Of a stretch of 64,000 nt of DNA, positions 49,320-56,422 are shown piece by piece (positions within the stretch are counted from its first letter, which is position 1; each line of letters starts with the position of its first letter). Both the position numbers and the translations under genes were made by a program. The notes beneath the pieces are model-generated. The model was not told the DNA's origin. It saw nothing but the letters and a program-made list of their open reading frames with translations, and searched no databases. Origin of the DNA: an uncultured Mycoplasmatota bacterium (GTDB lineage: Bacteria > Bacillota_I > Bacilli_A > RF39 > UBA660); NCBI GenBank assembly GCA_946497145.1, contig CAMMJA010000003.1, forward strand, positions 1,169-65,168. Reading direction: 5' to 3'.

Positions 49320-49643
49320 GTGATAAATAGATTTATGAGATTAATCGTAATGTTTGATTTGCCAGTAGTTACAGCAGAAGAAAAACAAATATATAGCAAA
49401 TTTAGAAAGTTTTTATTGAAAGATGGCTATATTATGATTCAATTTTCGATATATTCTAGAATTTGTAAAAATAGTGATGATGTAACCAAACACATTAATA
49501 GAATAAGACAAAATTTGCCAGATAAAGGTAATATTAGATTATTACAAGTTACAGAAAAACAATACCAAGATATGATGTTGTTATGTGGTAGCAAAGTAAC
49601 AGAAGAAGATATCTCTATTGAAAATATGATTGTATTTGAATAA
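49320..49643 (+). CDS. cas2: Cas2
   Basis: ~105 aa with MRLIVMFDLPV and a ferredoxin-like pattern. Start is GTG 49320 or ATG 49335. Confidence 0.85.
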   Translation: MINRFMRLIVMFDLPVVTAEEKQIYSKFRKFLLKDGYIMIQFSIYSRICKNSDDVTKHINRIRQNLPDKGNIRLLQVTEKQYQDMMLLCGSKVTEEDISIENMIVFE

Positions 49644-49672
49644 AACATCCACTAAAAAGTGGATGTTTTTAA
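49643..49672. terminator. Bidirectional hairpin terminator between cas2 and the tracrRNA 3' end
   Basis: Perfect 10-bp stem AAACATCCAC/GTGGATGTTT, flanked by A and T runs. Confidence 0.8.
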
Positions 49673-49679
49673 AATAAAC

Positions 49680-49776
49680 AAAAAGGTCGACTTGATTAAA
49701 GTTCGACCAATTCTTAGGCATTAGTGCCTTATTACAGTAACCTGTAAAAATTTGAGTAATATACATCTTTCGATGT
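49680..49776 (-). ncRNA. tracrRNA
   Basis: Minus-strand AUUACUCAAAUUUUUACAGGUUACUGUAA pairs with repeat nt 2-31, with one mismatch, one G-U pair and one bulged U. It is followed by the nexus-like UAAGGCACUAAUGCC hairpin. The terminator is GGUCGA...UCGACC plus U5. Confidence 0.85.
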
Positions 49777-49778
49777 AA

Positions 49779-50846
49779 TTAGATCATATCAATAATTTCA
49801 TAATCTGTCAATAACTTTTCGCAAACTAATTTTAGTAATTCAAGTTCATATTTGTCTTTATAAAAAATATAGTTATTTAAAATACCATTGTATAAAGATG
49901 TAAAATAAACTTTATTACTAACTAAAATAATACCGATATTGTTTTTTTGAAACATATACAAATTATTTTTTATTCGGTTTAAATCATTTTTGTTTATTAG
50001 ATGATTATTTTCTTGTATAAATTCTGCGTATTCTATTTTGCTATTAGATTTTTTATATTGTTCAAATAATATATGTTTTTTTAATATATTATCAATATTA
50101 TTGAAGTTAATTAATTTATTATCTTTAATTTTATAAATACTGTAATCATCAGGATCTAAATAACGATATATGTTAGAATTATTTGTGCTGATGATGAAAT
50201 GACAATGATGTTTATTGAGAATTGTGATTAAATTTAAAATTTCTATTATGCTTTCATTATCTAAATATAAATCAAAGTCGTCAATCATAATAAATGTTTC
50301 TTTGTCTTTGCTAGTATTAAAAAGAAGTAGTTGATATAATAATTTTCTTCTATCACTTTTTGATATTTCTTTTGTATTAATTAAGTCATTTACATAAATC
50401 GTGGTAAATTTATCAATTATTTTATCGATGTCATCAATATCTATGTTAAATGTTATTTTATTTTTAGAATTATTATTTATATTTTTTTCTAAATATTTAT
50501 TAACGGCATTATCGATGTTATCTAGACTATTATTTATTTCGGCTAGTATTTTTTCTTTATCGATGGTTTTATATATTGCATCGTATAAGGAAGTTTTAAA
50601 AATATTATTTTGGGTAAACTTGAATTCGTTATTAAAGTCCGTTTCTTCGTCAAAATAAATAATATTGTATTCATCTTTGTTTATTTCTAAAGAATTTAAA
50701 TAAAAGTTTTTATTTTTCCCACTTAATCCTTCTTTTATTAATTTTAATAGAGTTGTTTTTCCTGATTTGTTAGAACCAAATATTATTAGATTGTTATTAA
50801 AAGATATGGAAGAATCAATGTTTTGATATTTAAAATTTATTTGCAT
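49779..50846 (-). CDS. P-loop (ABC/AAA_21-like) ATPase of unknown function inside the CRISPR-Cas locus
   Basis: 355 aa. Walker A GSNKSGKT (aa 24-31), ABC-signature-like ISKSDRRKLLYQLLL (aa 161-175), Walker B TFIMIDDFD (aa 184-192). GGTGA RBS. Very N/K/I-rich and visibly more AT-rich than the cas genes. Confidence 0.75.
   Translation of the reverse strand: MQINFKYQNIDSSISFNNNLIIFGSNKSGKTTLLKLIKEGLSGKNKNFYLNSLEINKDEYNIIYFDEETDFNNEFKFTQNNIFKTSLYDAIYKTIDKEKILAEINNSLDNIDNAVNKYLEKNINNNSKNKITFNIDIDDIDKIIDKFTTIYVNDLINTKEISKSDRRKLLYQLLLFNTSKDKETFIMIDDFDLYLDNESIIEILNLITILNKHHCHFIISTNNSNIYRYLDPDDYSIYKIKDNKLINFNNIDNILKKHILFEQYKKSNSKIEYAEFIQENNHLINKNDLNRIKNNLYMFQKNNIGIILVSNKVYFTSLYNGILNNYIFYKDKYELELLKLVCEKLLTDYEIIDMI
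49783..49811 (-). promoter_or_regulatory. tracrRNA promoter embedded in the last 11 codons of the ATPase ORF
   Basis: Minus-strand TTGACA (49811-49806), 17-nt spacer, TATGAT (49788-49783). Predicted TSS near 49776. Confidence 0.65.
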
Positions 50847-50879
50847 ATACTTATCACCTATATGAATTATATCAAAAGA

Positions 50880-50908
50880 TTGTAAAAAATAGTAAATTAT
50901 TATATAAT
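50880..50908 (+). promoter_or_regulatory. CRISPR leader promoter
   Basis: TTGTAA, 17-nt spacer, TATAAT. Predicted TSS ~3 nt before repeat 1. The whole leader is only 71 bp (50847-50917). Confidence 0.55.
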
Positions 50909-50917
50909 GAATTTGAG

Positions 50918-52339
50918 GTTACAGTACCCTGTGAAATTTGAGTAATATTGATGAACTTATAACGCATATAACGACAGTGTGTAGTTACAGTACCCTGTGA
51001 AATTTGAGTAATATTGATGAACTTATAACGCATATAACGACAGTGTATAGTTACAGTACCCTGTGAAATTTGAGTAATATTGATGTTATATGCCTCTTGA
51101 ACCTTTTGCAATGCAGTTACAGTACCCTGTGAAATTTGAGTAATATTGATGAACTTATAATGCTTCTAACGACAGTATATAGTTACAGTACCCTGTGAAA
51201 TTTGAGTAATATTGATGTACACCAGTATTTGAAGATAATAGTATATAGTTACAGTACCCTGTGAAATTTGAGTAATATTGATGAAATGAATTTGCTTTTA
51301 AATTTATAATCAGGTTACAGTACCCTGTGAAATTTGAGTAATATTGATGAACTTATAATGCATATAACGACAGTATATAGTTACAGTACCCTGTGAAATT
51401 TGAGTAATATTGATGTTTAATTTCGCTAATATGGTTAAAAATAAAGTTACAGTACCCTGTGAAATTTGAGTAATATTGATGATCTACCCAATATCCAGCC
51501 AAAGCACGGTCGTTACAGTACCCTGTGAAATTTGAGTAATATTGATGTGTGTGATGATCATGATCAGGTTGCCAGAAGTTACAGTACCCTGTGAAATTTG
51601 AGTAATATTGATGTCTGCTCAGTCAGAAGAGGATACGATTGTGGTTACAGTACCCTGTGAAATTTGAGTAATATTGATGCCTGAGATTCGGGCATTGGTA
51701 AAGAAAAGAGTTACAGTACCCTGTGAAATTTGAGTAATATTGATGGAACCATATTCTGCCATTTCTAAACAAGTAGTTACAGTACCCTGTGAAATTTGAG
51801 TAATATTGATGCTATTATTTTTTAACTCTTTTACATTTTCTGTTACAGTACCCTGTGAAATTTGAGTAATATTGATGAATGCTGTTAACATCAAATGATA
51901 AATAACCGTTACAGTACCCTGTGAAATTTGAGTAATATTGATGGGTTGTATGTCAATAACCTAAATTAGATTAGTTACAGTACCCTGTGAAATTTGAGTA
52001 ATATTGATGTTGTTCAAAAAACAAAAGAAATGTTCAAGTGTTACAGTACCCTGTGAAATTTGAGTAATATTGATGATTGACAGAGTTCAAGAATGAAGAA
52101 CAAATGTTACAGTACCCTGTGAAATTTGAGTAATATTGATGTTATCTTGCAAAACTGCATTTACATAGTTCGTTACAGTACCCTGTGAAATTTGAGTAAT
52201 ATTGATGTTAGCAATCCTATACTCACTTGTCTCCAACGTTACAGTACCCTGTGAAATTTGAGTAATATTGATGAAAAGTTTATTAACTATTGAAGAAATA
52301 ACTGTTACAGTACCCTGTGAAATTTGAGTAATATTTATA
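50918..52339 (+). CRISPR. CRISPR array: 22 x 36-bp repeats (GTTACAGTACCCTGTGAAATTTGAGTAATATTGATG), 21 x 30-bp spacers
   Basis: All 22 repeat starts were checked at an exact 66-bp period from 50918 to 52304. The last repeat is degenerate (..ATATTTATA). Orientation follows from tracrRNA complementarity, the leader promoter and the position of the degenerate repeat. Confidence 0.98.
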
Positions 52340-52607
52340 ACAAGCATTCAATTTAGTGATTACCTCTGCTTTTCGACTGTCATAGTTTTTCCTTTTTCAT
52401 CTCATTAATTTTATAGATGACTAAAAAGCCAATATTTAGCTGATTTTATAGTACATTTATAGCACTGTGCTAACTGATCATGGTCCGATCGACAATTTTT
52501 ACATAACGTTATACGTTATGTACTCTGTTATGGAACGCCTTTCAGATTTGTATCAATTAGTACACTACCTATAAAAGTAGTGCATAATAAAAGCACCTTA
52601 TTTGGTG

Positions 52608-52808
52608 CTAGTCTAAATTACCTAATTTATTTAGTATGGTTTCGCACATTATACCTTCATCTGTTAAACCGTCATCATCAGTCAAACAATGAAGCATCAT
52701 ATAGTCAGCCAATTGATCTTCTACATCTGCCATGTCTTCATATTTTTTTACAATTTTATTTAGTAACTGTTTTTCATCAACTGTTAATACTTTCAATAAA
52801 TTTTCCAT
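52608..52808 (-). CDS. Small acidic protein, putative immunity partner of the adjacent toxin domain
   Basis: 66 aa, D/E-rich. Its start overlaps the stop of the upstream toxin-like ORF. AGCACC/GGTGCT hairpin at its 3' end. Confidence 0.45.
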   Translation of the reverse strand: MENLLKVLTVDEKQLLNKIVKKYEDMADVEDQLADYMMLHCLTDDDGLTDEGIMCETILNKLGNLD

Positions 52809-53137
52809 TATTCATCACCATACTTTTTAATTTTATCTTTTCCAGTTTTCCATACAGTCGTTATTGTATTATTATCCGGATTAACTGTTATGGTTGCTTT
52901 TCTTCCTATATATCTTATAGATTTTCTTCCTTTTTCACCTACTTTGATTGTATCAATATTCAAGGGATTTGTAAATGCGTCTGCCATGTCTTCATAAGGT
53001 ATATCTCTAAATATTTTTCTTTCAAATAAATGTTGGCTTACATCTTTGATTTCTATATTTCCGTTTTTAAGACCTATCAACCCAGTATCTGCCTTTTTCT
53101 TATCTTCTCTCATTTTCCAATTTTGATAAGATTTCAT
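52808..53137 (-). CDS. DUF4258-like toxin C-terminal domain, probably a 5'-truncated orphan module
   Basis: SQHLFERKIFRDI...GRKATITVNPDNNTITTVW fits the DUF4258 pattern (H..ER...I, ending ..iTvy/w). The frame stays open for 36 more codons upstream (to 53245) without a start codon. Confidence 0.45.
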   Translation of the reverse strand: MKSYQNWKMREDKKKADTGLIGLKNGNIEIKDVSQHLFERKIFRDIPYEDMADAFTNPLNIDTIKVGEKGRKSIRYIGRKATITVNPDNNTITTVWKTGKDKIKKYGDE

Positions 53138-53600
53138 TGCTTTAACACTAGACTTAGAACTTAACGATGTACTTCCTATCCATTCATTTGCTGTTATTCT
53201 AGTTCTTCCGGTTTTATCTAGAAAATCTAAATATACTAACGATAGTTACAGGATTAACTGGGTGATATAGTTATTATGCCAATGGAAATTGAATCGATAG
53301 CTAAGTTGAATAGGGTTGTGACTATTTACGGAAAAGAACAATATGACGGAAACGATAAAAATTCTTCGATTGGTGGTTATATGGAACAGAGAATATTATC
53401 TATGATATAGATTCTGGAATAATAAAAAAAGAAGGAAATACTAGGATACAATATCCAAGAAGCATTCCTTCTTTTTCTGTAGATAATATATCACAATCTA
53501 ACCGAACAGTCAAATTTGATACATCATTTGATGTAGTAAACTTAAAAATATGGGAATTTTTCCCTTTTTATTATATAATAAAAGTATTAGAGGTGATCTT

Positions 53601-54623
53601 ATGCACGTAGAAGAAATTTTAAGCCAATATCCATGGATCAAAGATGAACATCAAAAATTAATCATCAGTCCTGATAGCGATGGACTTCTTTGTGCGTTAC
53701 TTTATTTAAATTATTTTGATGGAGAAGTAGTTGGCTTTTATGATGGTAAAGTCATGCTTGTAAAAGATGGAATATCCCCAAAAGATTGTTTGTTCTTAGA
53801 TATGGATGTCTTTCATTCTAGTTTTAGAAGTGTAGGCCATCACATGGTAATGTTAAATAAAAAGAGATTACCTAGCAATTGGGATCGTTATCAGAACTGT
53901 CTTCAAGTGAACAACTTGCGCAATTTCGATAAAACCAATGATTTTCAGAGAAAATATCCGCTGGCTACCATTCATTTTTTACTTACAATCTTAAGTCATG
54001 TTAAAGAAATTTCGTTATCTGAAGAAGCGGTTGTTCCTCTCTTGTTTTCAGATGGTGTTTGGATTGTCTTGTTTGGTTATACCGAAAATTGTTTGGAATG
54101 GTTTGATTGGTTAGGAATTACGAAAGAAGAATCTATTTTATATCCGATTTTTTGTGGAAAAAAATCTTTTTTGGAAATCATGCAAGATATTAATGACTTT
54201 TTAAGACAAAGAGATTCACTGAATGCCAAGGGATCTTTTGATTTTCGCACTCAAACTTTTATAGAAAAGGCATCTAGAAGAACAGGAGACCGCCTGATCA
54301 TTTCAACTAGTAAAGGAGAACCAGTTAACATTGAGAAAAAAGAAGATCATCTTTATGATATTTATCAAGAAGAAGTAAATCGAGTTACTTGTTTTATTGA
54401 ATTGTTGGCACATTCTATGGGATGGAATGCTAAACTTGATAAATGGAATTTTCAAAATTTGAAACTTTATCTGTTTAAAAAAAGTAGTTTAGATGGTAAA
54501 AATCGTAAGTTGAATTTAAAAAATTATAACGAAGTAGTAGAGAATCATTGCTTTTCTATGGCAATCACATCGTCTACCCAATTAGAGTATACGATTGATG
54601 AAAATCATTTGTTTGATGACTAA
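53601..54623 (+). CDS. Uncharacterised 340-aa protein, candidate restriction endonuclease partner of the convergent methyltransferase
   Basis: AGAGGTGA RBS before ATG 53601. Contains a PD(24-25)...DGK(48-50) arrangement compatible with PD-(D/E)XK. Shares a hairpin terminator with the methyltransferase gene. Confidence 0.35.
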   Translation: MHVEEILSQYPWIKDEHQKLIISPDSDGLLCALLYLNYFDGEVVGFYDGKVMLVKDGISPKDCLFLDMDVFHSSFRSVGHHMVMLNKKRLPSNWDRYQNCLQVNNLRNFDKTNDFQRKYPLATIHFLLTILSHVKEISLSEEAVVPLLFSDGVWIVLFGYTENCLEWFDWLGITKEESILYPIFCGKKSFLEIMQDINDFLRQRDSLNAKGSFDFRTQTFIEKASRRTGDRLIISTSKGEPVNIEKKEDHLYDIYQEEVNRVTCFIELLAHSMGWNAKLDKWNFQNLKLYLFKKSSLDGKNRKLNLKNYNEVVENHCFSMAITSSTQLEYTIDENHLFDD

Positions 54624-54650
54624 AAAAACTTGTCTTGTGACAAGTTTTTA
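54622..54650. terminator. Bidirectional terminator shared by convergent genes
   Basis: Perfect 10-bp stem AAAACTTGTC/GACAAGTTTT with a TTGT loop. Confidence 0.85.
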
Positions 54651-55472
54651 TGTTTCTTTTTGAATTCTTTCTTCGGCTAAATCACAATATTCTTGTGAAA
54701 TATCAAAGCCCAAAAAGTTTCGTTTGAGTTTGATTGCTGATACAGCAGTAGAGCCACTTCCCATAAATGGATCTAATACAATACCATTTTCTGGACAAAA
54801 GCAAGTAATTAAGTCGTAAGGAATTTGATCAGGAAAAACGGCTGGATGTTTTCTTTTAAGAGGGTTTTTATCACCTGCCATCATGTAGTCCCAAACAGTA
54901 CCGCGACACTTCATCGTATTGATTTGACGAGTGATTGTTTTAGTTGTTTCCCCATTGGTTTTACGATTGCCACTTCCAGTCATCACTTTTCCACCATGTT
55001 TAGACGGCACTTTCAACGGTTCTTTGTTAAAATATTGGGGTTTATGTCCTTTTAAGAATAGGGGAATGTACTCATGATCTACTCGAAATCTCGATTTCCA
55101 CCAGGCCCCCTCTGTACCATTTTTATGGTAAATAATGTTTTCAAATAATTTAAAACCAATGTTATCTACCCAGTCGACCATCATTCGAAACGAAGTCATA
55201 CTTTTGCCGAAATCTTTGGTTTGATCTTGAATTACCACTGCACAGATTCCACCGTCTTTTAAAATACGGTAAATTTCTTTTCCTGTTTCATGTAAATCTA
55301 TTTGAAATCCATTATATTTTCTTAAATTATCATAGGGTGGAGAAGTGACGACTAAATCGATGCTATTGGATTTGATTTTTTTCATTGCTTCGATGCAATC
55401 TGCACAATAAATATGATTGATTTGATAAATATTATCTTGAGAAATTTCAGTTTGATTCATTGTTACCACCAT
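54648..55472 (-). CDS. Beta-class amino DNA methyltransferase (N4-cytosine or N6-adenine)
   Basis: Motif IV DLVVTSPPY near the N-terminus and motif I LDPFMGSGSTAV near the C-terminus. An alternative start is M5 (55460). Confidence 0.85.
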   Translation of the reverse strand: MVVTMNQTEISQDNIYQINHIYCADCIEAMKKIKSNSIDLVVTSPPYDNLRKYNGFQIDLHETGKEIYRILKDGGICAVVIQDQTKDFGKSMTSFRMMVDWVDNIGFKLFENIIYHKNGTEGAWWKSRFRVDHEYIPLFLKGHKPQYFNKEPLKVPSKHGGKVMTGSGNRKTNGETTKTITRQINTMKCRGTVWDYMMAGDKNPLKRKHPAVFPDQIPYDLITCFCPENGIVLDPFMGSGSTAVSAIKLKRNFLGFDISQEYCDLAEERIQKET

Positions 55473-55567
55473 ATATCAGTATATCATAAAAATCAGTTTG
55501 AGAAAAATCTTTGTATGATTTCTTTCGTACTTTCATATACTAGAAATAGGACTTCTTTCATGTAAAT

Positions 55568-55596
55568 TTGACAAATGTTGATATTTTTGATAAAAT
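55568..55596 (+). promoter_or_regulatory. SigA-type promoter
   Basis: TTGACA, 17-nt spacer, TAAAAT. Confidence 0.6.
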
Positions 55597-55628
55597 GATA
55601 ACGTTTTCCACATTTAAGGGGTGAAAAA

Positions 55629-56330
55629 TTGAAACCAAATCATAAAGCAGTTCTTTGCATTTTTTCTTTCGGGATCGCGATGATCGGTTCTGGAATGTTA
55701 TGGCAAAATCAACTGCAAGAAAGTAAAGAAGTAACAACGAAATTTACTGTTGCTTATCAAGAAAATTTGAAGGCAAAAGAATTAAAAAATACTGAGATAA
55801 AAGATGATCAAGAAGTAAATAAAGAGGTAGAACAGAAAGAAGAAGCTGTAGAAGTAAAAAAAGATGAGATGACAGAAGAAGTAGAACCTGCTTCTGTTGA
55901 AGTAACTGAGCCAATTGTCTATGACAATATGACCTTGACACAACTTGCTGAAAAATTAGATCGTTCACTTAATTCTACGATAGCAGGTAAGGGTTATTTG
56001 TTTGCAAGTCGTTCGTTAGAACTTGGCATCGATCCATACCTTGCTGTTGCAATCGTGCTTCATGAGACAGGATGTAAATGGGAATGTAGTCAACTTGTAA
56101 AAGAATGTAACAACGTTGGTGGTCAAAAAGGTGGACCAACTTGTGGAAGTGGTTCTTACAAATACTTTGCGACATTAGATGAAGGAATTAATGGTTTTTT
56201 AGATAATTTATACAAAAACTATTATGCGCAAGGATTGACGACACCAGAACTTATGAATCCAAAGTATGCAGCAAGTACTGCCTGGGCTGGAAAAATTTAT
56301 CAATATATGGAAGAAATCAAAGCCAATTAG
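55629..56330 (+). CDS. Membrane-anchored glucosaminidase-domain (LytD-like) peptidoglycan hydrolase
   Basis: TTG start, one TM segment, an E/K-rich linker, then LAVAIVLHETG...YAASTAWAGKI typical of the mannosyl-glycoprotein endo-beta-N-acetylglucosaminidase domain. Confidence 0.7.
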   Translation: MKPNHKAVLCIFSFGIAMIGSGMLWQNQLQESKEVTTKFTVAYQENLKAKELKNTEIKDDQEVNKEVEQKEEAVEVKKDEMTEEVEPASVEVTEPIVYDNMTLTQLAEKLDRSLNSTIAGKGYLFASRSLELGIDPYLAVAIVLHETGCKWECSQLVKECNNVGGQKGGPTCGSGSYKYFATLDEGINGFLDNLYKNYYAQGLTTPELMNPKYAASTAWAGKIYQYMEEIKAN

Positions 56331-56342
56331 CTTTGATTTTTT
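56317..56342 (+). terminator. Rho-independent terminator
   Basis: TCAAAGC/GCTTTGA stem followed by T6. Confidence 0.6.
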
Positions 56343-56422
56343 GTTGTTGTTTGTCAAAATAAGAAAGCTGTAATGGCGACTAAAGAAAATGTATCCTTAA
56401 TATACTAAAGTAGGAGGATACT

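Noticed and set aside
49439-49766. Minus-strand ORFs 49439-49648 and 49581-49766
   Set aside because: The first is antisense to cas2. The second is the tracrRNA and its terminators read as protein.
50872-52347. Minus-strand ORFs 50872-51111, 51619-51894 and 52087-52347 with the recurring peptide INITQISQGTVT
   Set aside because: The peptide is the translation of the reverse-complemented CRISPR repeat. The 66-bp period keeps the frame open. These are not genes.
52500-52522. Perfect 10-bp inverted repeat TACATAACGT-TAT-ACGTTATGTA in the non-coding stretch after the array
   Set aside because: It could be an operator or a hairpin. There is no adjacent gene, promoter or T run to give it a role, so the context is insufficient.
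52580-53029. 149-aa + strand ORF
   Set aside because: It is antisense to the toxin/immunity pair, has a low-complexity, codon-poor sequence and has no RBS.
53276-53410. 44-aa + strand ORF (MPMEIESIAKLNRVVTIYGKEQYDGNDKNSS..) followed by a hairpin, possibly a YD/Rhs-like fragment
   Set aside because: It is too short and the similarity too vague to call. It is mentioned only as debris in the toxin-cassette finding.
55473-55628. Search for an att-like direct repeat of the tRNA-His 3' end, or an integrase, at the distal island border
   Set aside because: No repeat of GGTTCGATTCCCTTACATCGCC was seen by eye and there is no integrase or recombinase ORF in the island. Mobility is not supported.
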